DNA of 64,000 nt from Nitrospirota bacterium (GTDB lineage Bacteria > Nitrospirota > UBA9217). The position numbers and the translations under genes are program-made. The first letter of the stretch is position 1. Each line of letters begins with the position of its first letter. Positions 50,276 to 60,709 of this stretch are shown one piece after another. The DNA is taken from positions 512,001-576,000 of the forward strand of contig CAWCKW010000013.1 in the NCBI GenBank assembly GCA_963796285.1, written 5' to 3'. A model generated the notes under the pieces. It had not been told where the DNA came from, made no database searches, and was given only the letters and a program-made list of their open reading frames with translations.

Positions 50276-52997
50276 TTATTCCCCCAGCATTTTCAAGCTC
50301 TGCTCCAGCTTCTCACGCTTGATCCTGAACTCCTCAAGCTTCGCCGTGTCCTTTTCCACGACTTCCTTCGGCGCCTTATCAACGAAATTCTTGTTAGAAA
50401 GCTTTTTAGAAAATACCTCGATATCTTTTGAGATCTTTGCGATCTCTTTCCGAAGCCGGTCGCGTTCCTGGTTGAGGTCGAGCAGACCTTCGAGCGGCAC
50501 ATAGACCTCTGCGCCGGCGATCACCGCTGTAGCCACGGACACGGGCTTTGCTTCAGACACGCCTATGCGCAGCTCCTTGATCCGCGCAAGGGTCTTTGCA
50601 TATCCGGCGTTTTTCTCAAGGTGGTCACCGAGCTCCCTGGTCTCCACTTTCACGATAACGATAATCTGCATGGACGGCGCTATGTTCATCTCGCCGCGTA
50701 TGTTCCGGATCGCCAGGATCAGGTCCATGACCATCTGCATGTCCCGCTCGATCCCGGCATTGATCAGTTTCTCATCCGCTATGGGATACGGTGATACCAT
50801 GATTGAGTCACGTCTGACTCCTGACGCCTGGCTCCTGACCTTATCCGGCAGCGCCTGCCATATTTCCTCGGTGATGAACGGCATGATCGGATGCAGCAGG
50901 CGAAGCGCGGATTCGAGAACCTGGGCAAGCACGGTCAGTGTCGCTTGCCTCGATGCAGATCCCTTTTCCTCGTATAAGACCGGCTTGGACAACTCGAGAT
51001 ACCAGTCGCAGTACTCATGCCAGATGAAGTGATAAAGCGACGAGGCGACATCGTTGAACCGATAATCAACGAGCGCTGCCCGCATGTCTTTCGCGACCGA
51101 GTTCAAGCGTGAGAGGATCCAGCGATCGGCAAGGGACGAGTCCGGCGTCAGGAGTTCAGCGTTCGGGGAAAAATCATCGTCAAGATTCATGAAGACAAAG
51201 CGGCTCGCGTTCCAGATCTTGTTCGCAAAATTCCGGTAGCCTTCGATGCGCTCAGGCGCAAGCTTGATGTCTCTGCCCTGGGCAGCGAACGCCGTAAGCG
51301 TGAATCGGAACGCATCGGTCCCGTACTGATCGATCATAACGAGCGGGTCAATAACATTGCCCTTGGACTTGCTCATCTTCTGTCCTTCGGCGTCGCGCAC
51401 GAGCGCATGGATATAAACGTCCCGGAACGGTACCTCTTTCATAAAGTGGAGCCCCATCATGATCATCCGCGCCACCCAAAAGAAGATGATGTCAAAGCTC
51501 GTGATAAGCACTGACGTAGGATAGTACGACTCAAGCTCTTTGGTCTTGTCCGGCCAGCCAAGCGTGGAGAAGGGCCAGAGCGCCGACGAGAACCAGGTAT
51601 CGAGAACGTCCGTCTCCTGCCGGATGTTTTGCTGCCGCATTTGCTGCAGGCCGACAGCATCGGTGCGGCTCACTGTGATCGTGCCGCAGTCGTCGCAATA
51701 CCATGCAGGTATTCGGTGTCCCCACCAGATCTGGCGCGAGATGCACCAGTCCTTGATGTTCCGCATCCACTCGAAGTAGGTGTTCTCCCAACCCTTGGGA
51801 ACGAACTGCACCTGGCCGTCCTCGACGACTTTGATCGCGGGCTCGGCGAGCGGTCCGGTCTTCACGAACCACTGGGGAGAAAGATAGGGCTCAACAACGG
51901 TTTTGCAGCGGTAGCACTTGCCTATGGAATGCGCATGGTCATCGGTCTTGACCATGAAGCCCCGCTCCTGGAGCAGTTCCACAACCATACCGCGGGCCTT
52001 CTTCGCCGGCTTTCCCGCGATCATGCTTCAGCACGTCGGGAAGCACATCGGGAATGTCGGCAAGGATCTCAGCCTTGTCATTCAGCATTTTGATGCGCGG
52101 TAAGCTCCGGCTTCTGCCGTTGTCCTGCCTCATAGTCGTTGAAGTCATGCGCAGGGGTGACCTTGACTGCGCCTGTGCCGAACTCAAGGTCCACAAGAAT
52201 CGAGTCGCCGATGATCGGGATCTTCCTGCTCGTAAGCGGAAGGTCAACGGTCTTGCCGATCAAGTCCTTATAGCGCGGGTCAAGCGGGTGGACTGCAACG
52301 GCCGTGTCTCCGAGCATGGTCTCGGGCCGCGTGGTCGCGACGGTCAGTCGGATAGTGTGGTCGTGGCTCAGGGGATAAGCAATATGGTAGAGCTTGCCCT
52401 TCTCGTCCTCATGCTCCACCTCGATATCCGACAGCGCAGTGTGACAGCGCGGGCACCAATTGATCAGCCGCTCGCCGCGGTAGATGAGCCCTTCTTCGTA
52501 AAGCGTGACAAAGACCTCACTCACTGCTTTCGAAAGACCTTCGTCCATCGTGAACCGTTCGCGGTCCCAGTCACAGGACGCGCCCATGCCGCTTGAGTTG
52601 GTTGATGATCCTGCCGCCGTATTCCTTTTTCCATTCCCAGACCTTCTCGATAAAGGCTTCTCTCGCCCGAGTGCATGTGCCGATCAACGTATTCTTTCGC
52701 CAGCTGACGCTCAACCACGTTCTGAGTGGCGATGCCTGCGTGGTCCGTGCCCGGCACCCAGAGGGTATTTCTACCGGACATGCGCATCCAGCGAATCAGG
52801 ATGTCCTGGAGCGTGGAGTTCAACGCGTGGCCGATATGGAGCGAGCCGGTCACGTTCGGCGGCGGGATCACGATCGAGAAGGGCGCACCACCGGCGTTCT
52901 CGTCGGCATGAAAATACTTTTTCTCCAGCCAGAAGTCATACCACTTTTCTTCCACCGATTTCGGGTCGTAGGCCTTGGGTAATTCACGTGATGACAT
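50276..52997 (-). CDS. valS: Valine--tRNA ligase (several indels)
   Basis: [40 protein letters not shown]-terminal coiled coil. Spread over 3 ORFs. Confidence 0.93.
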
Positions 52998-53184
52998 CGA
53001 TGATACTCTCCTTATGATGATGCGCCCGCTTAGAAAAAAAAGAGGGGAGCAAGTCCCCTGTGATGAAATTCATAATTTTAAGTTTCTAATCCCAAACAAA
53101 GCCTTCTGTCCGATTGCCAGATTCAAACCGTTTTAAGATTTGATACCTGGCGTAAAAAATATATTTGGTTCTTGGGATAAATGT

Positions 53185-54828
53185 TTATGTTTCCGCTTTC
53201 AACCGCTCGATCTCCTCTTTGATCATGACTTCTGCAAGGTGAGGGATCACTTCCCAAGCCACTTTCTCAATTACCTCTCGTGCGACTTCACGGGCGATCT
53301 GCAGAACGGCTTCCTCGATCCCCCTCCTCACCGTTTCCTCGGAGATCTTCGGAACGGGCGGGGGGGGCATGTCTTTAAATACCTCCCGCGCCATACGGGA
53401 GACGGTTTCTTCCGCCATCTTCCGCAGTTCGCCCGCAGGCACCGATGGTGGCTGCTGAACGGGCCTTTTTTCGAGTATCTCTTCCACCGTTTTCACGGCC
53501 ACGTTTTCGACCATCCCCCTGAGCGTTTCGTCGGAAAGCTGCGGAACCGTTGTCAATGGCTGCTTTTGCAAAAACTCTGTCGCAATTTTCTCCACGGCCT
53601 CTTCAGCGACACTCCACATATCGCTCGGGGAAAGTGCAGGTGGCTGGGTAGCGGGCGCCTTTTCTAAAGCCTCTTTCGTCATGCTCGATACTTTTTCTTC
53701 AACCATGGCGCGAAGGGTCGCATCGGAAATCTGCGGCGGCTGGACCGGCGGAAGGTTTGCAAACGCTTCCCTGGCCATCTTGGCGACCGTCTCTTCCGCT
53801 ATGCCCCATACTTCGCTCGCGGAAAGCGTCGGCGTTTGCGGTACCGGCATTTTATCGATAGCCTCTTTCGCCATGCGCGAGACTTTTTCTTCAATCATGG
53901 CGCGAAGGGTCGCATCGGAAATCTGCGGCGGCTGGACCGGCGGAAGGTTTGCAAACACGTCCCTGGCCATCGTGGCAATGGTCGTTTCCGCTATCTTACG
54001 CAACTCAGCCTCAGGCAGCGTAGATGCCTGGACCGAAGACGGGATGGGGCGCTGAGGCGAAGGGCTTGGGGTTTTTGGCGTGAACGCTGCCGGAAGCTCT
54101 GCCGCCATTGCCTTGTCAAGGGATTCTATCGTGACGATCTCGGGCTGGGGTTCTTTTTTCTCCCCGGTCAGGCCCAGTCCCACCCGCATCTCTTCCACGG
54201 CCTTGGCGCCGACCGGCAACGCTTTTGCCACGTCGCGGGTGAGCGGCTCTTCAACCTCTTCCACGACAGGCTCAACTTCGTATACAGTCTCCTCCTCAAC
54301 CGGTGCGGCTGCTCTCACGAGGTCCGCCTGAGTAGGGGCCTCGCTGATAATATCAAATATATCCGGCGGCGCTTTTTTTGGTTTGGCCGGTGCCGCCGGC
54401 GGTACGGGTGCGGCAGGCTCATACGCGGCCGAGGGCGCGGCCTCGGCTCGTTGCGGCGGGGCCGCGGCAATCGCTTTTTTCACTTTGCCGATAAGTTCCT
54501 GGGACTCAAAAGGCTTGGCAATGTTGTCGATGATCCCTGCCTGTTTCCCCTTTGCGCCGTCATACACGTCGTCCCTGCTCATCATGAGAATGACCGGCGC
54601 CTGCGCAAGCTGAGGATTCTGTTTCAGCCGCGTCGCAAAGGAATAGCCGTCGATGCGCGGCAGGTCAACATCCACCAGCACCACGTCGGGGACTACCCGC
54701 TTTGCTTCGTTCAGGGCCGTCTCTCCGTCGCTGACGCAAACGACCTCATAGTCTCTTCCAGAAAAAAGCATTTCCACTACTTTCTGGATGGTGATACTTT
54801 TGTCGGCCAACAGTATTTTAACTGGCAT
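53185..54828 (-). CDS. RomR-like response regulator (REC, Pro-rich linker, repeats, conserved C-terminal helix)
   Basis: N-terminal REC. C-terminus REVIEKVAWEVIPHLAEVMIKEEIERLK. Adjacent to valS. Confidence 0.72.
   Translation of the reverse strand: MPVKILLADKSITIQKVVEMLFSGRDYEVVCVSDGETALNEAKRVVPDVVLVDVDLPRIDGYSFATRLKQNPQLAQAPVILMMSRDDVYDGAKGKQAGIIDNIAKPFESQELIGKVKKAIAAAPPQRAEAAPSAAYEPAAPVPPAAPAKPKKAPPDIFDIISEAPTQADLVRAAAPVEEETVYEVEPVVEEVEEPLTRDVAKALPVGAKAVEEMRVGLGLTGEKKEPQPEIVTIESLDKAMAAELPAAFTPKTPSPSPQRPIPSSVQASTLPEAELRKIAETTIATMARDVFANLPPVQPPQISDATLRAMIEEKVSRMAKEAIDKMPVPQTPTLSASEVWGIAEETVAKMAREAFANLPPVQPPQISDATLRAMVEEKVSSMTKEALEKAPATQPPALSPSDMWSVAEEAVEKIATEFLQKQPLTTVPQLSDETLRGMVENVAVKTVEEILEKRPVQQPPSVPAGELRKMAEETVSRMAREVFKDMPPPPVPKISEETVRRGIEEAVLQIAREVAREVIEKVAWEVIPHLAEVMIKEEIERLKAET
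53290..54030 (-). repeat. Intragenic about 96-bp (32-aa) tandem repeat with a 192-bp higher-order duplication
   Basis: Units like PPQISDATLRAMIEEKVSRMAKEA. 53691-53780 and 53883-53972 are nearly identical DNA. Confidence 0.85.
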
Positions 54829-55016
54829 GGAGCAGCCTTTCAAAAAAGAGAATTAGTATTTCCTGATCATCTTCGAATGCAATCTCTTTGACTGACTTCA
54901 TTCCAACCCCCTGCGTTTTTCGGGTGTCCTGCCTGGGCCGGGCTTTCCGGTTTTGTAATCTTTTCCATACTGATACTACCAGAAATCGTATGACGGCGTC
55001 CATAGTTGTGTGCTGA

Positions 55017-57596
55017 TCATGTCCGGCCTGCAAGAGCGACGCCGCTCAAGATCCTTTTGAGCGTCCCGAGCAGCTCCTGCTCCTCAAAGGGCTTTACCAG
55101 GTAGTCCTGCGCGCCCATTTCCCGCGCCTTCTGCCGGTGTTTCTCCCCTGCCCGGGAGGTCAGCACGATGACCGGGATGTTCATGAGTTCCAGGCTTTTC
55201 CTCATCTCGGCCATCAGATCATATCCGTGCATGACGGGCATCTCGAGGTCGGTGATCACGGCGTCGAATTTCATCCCGCCCATGATGGTGAGCGCCTCCA
55301 TGCCGTCGGACGCCACCTCCACCTCGTACCCCATACGGTCAAGGAAGCGCTGCACGTATTTACGGATGCTGATAGAGTCATCGACGACCAGAAGCTTCAG
55401 CTTCCGTTTCAAGGACTCCGGAATCACTGCCTCTTTCGCCAGGGCAACACGGGCCGCGGAGGTCACCAGCACCTCGTCGCCGAAGAGCGATGCGATGTTG
55501 AGAATAAGCCTCACGTTCCCTTCTCCGGAGATCGTCGCACCGGAGAAGAGTTTGATGCCCTTCAGGTAGTCGCCCAGTGACTTCACCACGATCTCTTCCC
55601 GGCCGGTGATCGCCTCCACCATGACCGCGAGGCGCTTTTCCGCCATGCCGAGGATCAGTGTGGGATGGCGATAGGTCTCATCCTTCTTCGGGAACGTGCC
55701 CACGCCGAGCAGTTCGTTCAGCTTGAGAAGCCGGACCAGTGAGCCGCGGAGGTTCACCATCTCTTCGCCGGGTGCCTGCTGGATGTCCTTATAGGAGAAA
55801 CGCGTAGTCTCTTCCACAAGGCTCATGGGCACAGCCATCTCCTGGTCCTTGAGTTTTACGATCAGGGACTGAGTAATGGCCAGGGTAAGCGGCAGGCGGA
55901 TCAGAAACTTGGTACCCACGCCCTTGTCGGTCGTTATCTCGAACCTGCCGTTGATCCTCGCGATCTGCGTGGAGACCACATCCATGCCCACGCCCCGGCC
56001 CGAAACCCTGCTTATTGTTGATGCCGTGGAGAAGCCGGGACGGAATATCAGGTTGATCGCTTCAACATCCGTCAGGGATTGCGATTCCGCTGCGCTCATG
56101 AATCCCTTATCCACGGCGGCCTTCCGGAGCGAGACCGGGTCCATGCCGCGGCCGTCATCCTCGATCTCAAGGATGATGTTGTTGCCTTCATGGCGGGCAC
56201 TCAGGATCAACACGCCTGTTGGATCTTTTCCCAGCGCTGTTCGCTCGGCAGGCGATTCGATGCCGTGGGAAACGGCATTTCTGATCATGTGCATAAGCGG
56301 GTCAGAGATGGTCTCGAAGATCGTCTTGTCGACCGTGGTCTCTCCGCCCAAGACCACCAATTTCAGCAGCTTCCCCTCTTCCTGTGCAAGGTCGCGGACG
56401 GGCCGCTGGAATAGCTGGTAGAGCTTGTCCATCTCGACCATGCGGGCCATAGTGATCTCGTCCTGCAGGTTCGTCGTAATCGTGGAGATCCGCGCCGTAT
56501 CAAGCTCGAAGGAATCAAAGAACCCCACAAGCTCGGCCATGATCTCGTTTGTGTCATTCGTGATCTCTGTCAGCTTTCGTGACAGGAGATTGAAGTCATC
56601 GTACCGGTCGAACTCCAGTTCGAGAAAATCGCCGGACTGCACCGCCTCCGGCTGGCCGGGCGCTTCAACGCTCAGCGTATACTCATACTTTTCTTCGAAC
56701 TTCTTGATCTCGTGCATCAGGCGGGACTGGCTGAATGCAAGTTCTTCACGAAGCGATTTGATGAAATCAACCTGGCGCGCAAGCCCGTTCCTGTTCACGA
56801 TCATCTCGCCTACGAGATTCATCAGGTTGTCGAGCCGATCGACATCGACGCGGATAAACTGCTTTTCCAGGTCGATCGTATCCGCAGTGCGACGGCCGAC
56901 CCCGCGTTTTTCATGGAGTCCGGTCTTCTTGGCCTCATCGATCTCCTGCTTGAGCGGAATCCCGGTTGCAGACTGCACTAAAGGAGCCAACGGGACGGAC
57001 GGCGTCTGCTGCGGAGCCATCGTCAGAAACTCGTCTTCGGCCTCCTCGTGGACAGGCTCCACGGCAAGGGGCTCCTCGGCAGCCGCTCCGAACGCGTTCT
57101 CCCAAGCCAGGTCGATAGCGTTTTGTGACTGCTGAGCCGACTGAGTTGCCCCCGCCGCCTCCCCGGAGAACGCCTCGTCCGGCGCGGCCGGCATTTTCGG
57201 AAAATGCTCGATAACGTCCTTGTACGCCCGGGTGATGCTCTCTACCACGAGTGCGTCCTCGGGCCGATTGGCTGCAACACTGTCGACCATGAGCTTGACG
57301 GCATCCACGCTATCGAAAAGAAAGTTCAGGGTTTCCTTGCAAATGGGCAGGGCACCGGAACGGAACTGGCCGAGCATGTCCTCGGCCGTGTGCGCTACAT
57401 CGCTGACACCTTGGAACCCCATCATGGCGGCGGACCCTTTAAGCGTGTGCGCGGCGCGGAAGAGCTCATCGATCAGGTCTAGGTCAGACGGAGACTTCTC
57501 AAGAGACAAAAGCCCCTTGTCCAGGTTCTGGAGGTGCTCGCCAGCCTCAATGAGAAAAAATTCTATAATACTTGATTTGTCTAATGACCCTGTCAT
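55017..57596 (-). CDS. ChpA-like CheA-REC hybrid kinase
   Basis: FRAAHTLKGS, IRVD, LELEFDRYDD, HMIRNAVSHGIE, SGRGVGMDVV, CheW, C-terminal REC. Confidence 0.9.
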   Translation of the reverse strand: MTGSLDKSSIIEFFLIEAGEHLQNLDKGLLSLEKSPSDLDLIDELFRAAHTLKGSAAMMGFQGVSDVAHTAEDMLGQFRSGALPICKETLNFLFDSVDAVKLMVDSVAANRPEDALVVESITRAYKDVIEHFPKMPAAPDEAFSGEAAGATQSAQQSQNAIDLAWENAFGAAAEEPLAVEPVHEEAEDEFLTMAPQQTPSVPLAPLVQSATGIPLKQEIDEAKKTGLHEKRGVGRRTADTIDLEKQFIRVDVDRLDNLMNLVGEMIVNRNGLARQVDFIKSLREELAFSQSRLMHEIKKFEEKYEYTLSVEAPGQPEAVQSGDFLELEFDRYDDFNLLSRKLTEITNDTNEIMAELVGFFDSFELDTARISTITTNLQDEITMARMVEMDKLYQLFQRPVRDLAQEEGKLLKLVVLGGETTVDKTIFETISDPLMHMIRNAVSHGIESPAERTALGKDPTGVLILSARHEGNNIILEIEDDGRGMDPVSLRKAAVDKGFMSAAESQSLTDVEAINLIFRPGFSTASTISRVSGRGVGMDVVSTQIARINGRFEITTDKGVGTKFLIRLPLTLAITQSLIVKLKDQEMAVPMSLVEETTRFSYKDIQQAPGEEMVNLRGSLVRLLKLNELLGVGTFPKKDETYRHPTLILGMAEKRLAVMVEAITGREEIVVKSLGDYLKGIKLFSGATISGEGNVRLILNIASLFGDEVLVTSAARVALAKEAVIPESLKRKLKLLVVDDSISIRKYVQRFLDRMGYEVEVASDGMEALTIMGGMKFDAVITDLEMPVMHGYDLMAEMRKSLELMNIPVIVLTSRAGEKHRQKAREMGAQDYLVKPFEEQELLGTLKRILSGVALAGRT

Positions 57597-57601
57597 ACGG
57601 T

Positions 57602-59488
57602 CTATTTTATGAACCCGAGATTGATCTCCTCGTCACTCGTGGTCACCTTCTCCGAAACCGCCGGATAGCCCTCCAGCGAGGGAGGCGAGTTCTCGCCGAA
57701 CGCCGACGGGACACTCAGCTCCCTGCCGAGCTTGAATCTGCCGATCGCGTCGTTCAACTGCTGGGTCAGGCCCGCAAGACCGCCGATCGTTGCCACGGTG
57801 TCCTGCACGCCGCGCGCAGTCTCCTGCGTCAGCTGCGATATGTTGTCCATGGTGTGCGCCACGCTCTCGGTCGATTTCACGTGGTCGCCCGCCGCCCTCG
57901 TAATGTCCGTCATGAGGTTCGAGGTCTGTTTGACGATCTGCTCAATTTCACGGAGCGCGGCCCCGGCCTGATCGGCAAGCTTTGTGCCTTCCTCCACCTC
58001 ACGCGTTCCTGCTTCCATGACGGTCACTGCCTCGCTCGTCTCGACCTGGATGCCCTTGATAAGACCGGTGATGTCCTTCGTTGCGCGGGCAGCGCGTTCG
58101 GCGAGCTTCCGCACTTCATCTGCAACCACGGCGAAACCCTTGCCATGCTCACCGGCGCGGGCGGCCTCGATCGCGGCATTCAGCGCAAGCATGTTCGTCT
58201 GAGTCGCGATTTCGCTGATAACCTCAATAATGGCGCCGATCTCAAGGGAGCGCTCGCCCAGGCCTTTGATTTTTTTGCCGGTGGACTGCACCGTTGCGCG
58301 AATGCGCTGCATCCCTTTTATGGTTTCCGCCACGGCCGTTCCACCCTTGACCGCCGCCTGAGTCGCCTCGACCGAGGTCTGGGTCGCGGCTTTCGCGTTC
58401 TCGGCCATCCGCTGCGTGGTATGGGACATGGCGTTCACCGCCTCGGACGCGTTCCGGATCTGCGAAGACTGCTGTGAGGCTGCTATCCGCATGCTCTCGG
58501 CAGAGTGAAGGATTCCCGAGGTGGAGCGCCGGATCTCGACGGCCACATTGCTTGCCTGGGTCACGAGCGACATAAGACCGGCAATCATGAGATTGAATGC
58601 GTCGGCAACGGATCCAAGGGAGTCGGCGGTCACTTCCGCTTTCACGGTGAGGTCGCCTTCCGCAGCGGTGCTCACAATCGTGAGCAGGTCCATGATCTGG
58701 TCCTGCATTTTGTCCCGGTCGGACTCGCTCTGGACCAGGCCCTGGAGGCGGTCGATCGTCCGGTTGAGCGTGTCGCCCAGCTGGCCAAGTTCGTCGCCCG
58801 TGTTCACCTCGGCCCTTTGCGAAAGGTCGCCGCGGCCAAGGGATTCAGCAACCCTCATGAGGTCATTCACCGGCCTGATGATGATGGCTGTCAGTACCAG
58901 GGTAAAGACGAGAAGGACAATCAGCGCCACAGCGCCGACCCCCATGATGTACATAAGGAAATTCCTGATATTCGATTTGATCCGCGTTATGTTCAAGCCC
59001 ACGTGCACCGAGCCGAGGGTGCCACCGGAAATGGGCGTGGCGATATCAAGGACCTCGATAACGCTGTCGCCAAGTTGAATGTGTGCGGACTCCGGCGGGA
59101 CGCCCGGCTGCGGCGAAGTGATGTTCTTTAGCGCCTCCGGAACCGCATTCCCTTCAAAGGATGATGAGAGCACTTTTCCCCGGCCGTCCTGGATGAAACT
59201 GTACGCCACATCCTGTTGGCTCATGGCCTCACCCTGAATTGATCGAAGCGCGTTGAGGTCCTCCACCTGCACCGGTTCGACCGCCTTGACACTCAGGCTG
59301 TCCGCCACGATATGGGTCTTGATTATCGCCTGCTCCTTGAAGGTGTTCTGAATCTCTACGTAGATGAACGCAAGGATGCCGGCTCCGAAAACAGCCGCCA
59401 GGGAAATGATCATAAGCACGATCTTGGTCCTGATGCTCCAACGGTAGAAAGGATTCCAACTTTTCATAGTTCTGCTCCTTATGGTCAA
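57602..59488 (-). CDS. PilJ-like MCP
   Basis: 2 TM, two HAMPs ([22 protein letters not shown]), tip [24 protein letters not shown]. Confidence 0.88.
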   Translation of the reverse strand: MTIRSRTMKSWNPFYRWSIRTKIVLMIISLAAVFGAGILAFIYVEIQNTFKEQAIIKTHIVADSLSVKAVEPVQVEDLNALRSIQGEAMSQQDVAYSFIQDGRGKVLSSSFEGNAVPEALKNITSPQPGVPPESAHIQLGDSVIEVLDIATPISGGTLGSVHVGLNITRIKSNIRNFLMYIMGVGAVALIVLLVFTLVLTAIIIRPVNDLMRVAESLGRGDLSQRAEVNTGDELGQLGDTLNRTIDRLQGLVQSESDRDKMQDQIMDLLTIVSTAAEGDLTVKAEVTADSLGSVADAFNLMIAGLMSLVTQASNVAVEIRRSTSGILHSAESMRIAASQQSSQIRNASEAVNAMSHTTQRMAENAKAATQTSVEATQAAVKGGTAVAETIKGMQRIRATVQSTGKKIKGLGERSLEIGAIIEVISEIATQTNMLALNAAIEAARAGEHGKGFAVVADEVRKLAERAARATKDITGLIKGIQVETSEAVTVMEAGTREVEEGTKLADQAGAALREIEQIVKQTSNLMTDITRAAGDHVKSTESVAHTMDNISQLTQETARGVQDTVATIGGLAGLTQQLNDAIGRFKLGRELSVPSAFGENSPPSLEGYPAVSEKVTTSDEEINLGFIK

Positions 59489-59525
59489 GACGCGACCTGC
59501 GAGACGGCAACGAGGCTTCCCGGTC

Positions 59526-60020
59526 TCACCTCAGCTTGATCTCTTCAAATACCCTCTCAATGTTCAGCAGGGCTGCCTCGCCCGTCTCTCGCCGGATGAT
59601 CCCCAATAAAAAACGGTTGCGGTCTTTGCCTGCCTGCTGCGCTCCCTGGTCGGAAGGGATCGCCAGAACGCTGCTCTCCGGCACCCCGACCACTTCGGTA
59701 ACGTTATCAACTACGATGCCGAAAGTCACGGTACCGTATTTGATAATGGCGATCTGGCCGGGGACGGACTGCAGCGGGAGGGAAAGCGCCGTGCGGATAT
59801 CTACGATCGGGACAATGTTCCCACGCAGGTTGATGACGCCGAGCACATGGGACGGGGTTGTCGGGACAGGAAAAATTTTCCGGGAAATGATGATCTCCGT
59901 CAGAAGTTCGACCGGGATGGCATACGTGTCCCCACCCATACTGAAGAGACAAACGCGAAGCTCCTCTTCCGGCAGGACTTCTATCACCTCAGTGGTGACG
60001 TCGCTGTCAAGCTCGGCCAA
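59526..60020 (-). CDS. cheW: CheW (PilI-like)
   Basis: [21 protein letters not shown]. Confidence 0.9.
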   Translation of the reverse strand: MAELDSDVTTEVIEVLPEEELRVCLFSMGGDTYAIPVELLTEIIISRKIFPVPTTPSHVLGVINLRGNIVPIVDIRTALSLPLQSVPGQIAIIKYGTVTFGIVVDNVTEVVGVPESSVLAIPSDQGAQQAGKDRNRFLLGIIRRETGEAALLNIERVFEEIKLR

Positions 60021-60226
60021 ACGGGCCCCCCTTTAGTGATTTGCCAATACCATATCTTAGCAACATGAAATGAAAATATCCGTCACGAAAGCACTAAGAC
60101 GCAAAAAAGCATTAGTCATAAGCGTGTCGAAGAGTAATACCTGACCCGCCAGAAAAATCATTCTACATTACTCCATGTCCTGGCGTCTTTGTGGCAACGT
60201 CGGTTCCGCCCAATCCAGGTTGGAGC

Positions 60227-60586
60227 TCAGATGTATTTCTTGACCGCCTTGACCAGGTCTTCCGGCTTGAACGGCTTGGTCAAATACTCGTCGGCGCCCT
60301 GTTTCATCCCCCAGAACTTATCGCTCGCCTGGTCCTTGGATGTTACCATGATGACCGGGATATTCTTGAACTGGGCATTGCTCTTTATATCTCTGCAGAC
60401 CTGGAAACCGTTTTTCTTCGGCATGAGCACATCAAGGACAATCAAATCGATCTTCTCCGTCCGCACCTTCTCCTCCGCCGCTTCACCATCCATGACTGTT
60501 ACGATGGTATGGCCGGTATACGAAAGCGCTTGCTGAAATATCTGAAGCTCCGCTAGGCTGTCGTCCGCAATGAGTATTTTGGCCAT
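60227..60586 (-). CDS. PilH-like single-domain response regulator
   Basis: LDVLMPKKNGFQVCR, TSKDQASDKFWGMKQGA. Confidence 0.85.
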   Translation of the reverse strand: MAKILIADDSLAELQIFQQALSYTGHTIVTVMDGEAAEEKVRTEKIDLIVLDVLMPKKNGFQVCRDIKSNAQFKNIPVIMVTSKDQASDKFWGMKQGADEYLTKPFKPEDLVKAVKKYI

Positions 60587-60709
60587 ACTTGTCTCCTTTT
60601 TTCATGGTGCTCAAGGTTGTTAAATAATTAACATAATTCTTTGGGTGTGTCAAGTTTTTGTTTTATTTTTCTTTGGGTTATGGCCTATCCCGTCCCTGAG
60701 GATAGCGGC

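Noticed and set aside
49422-52997. Programmed frameshifting or true pseudogenisation of nadC/valS
   Set aside because: Multiple scattered indels without slippery-site logic in an essential gene fit sequencing error better
53290-54030. Regularly spaced repeats as a possible CRISPR array
   Set aside because: The repeats are in-frame protein repeats with similar spacers, and no cas genes are present
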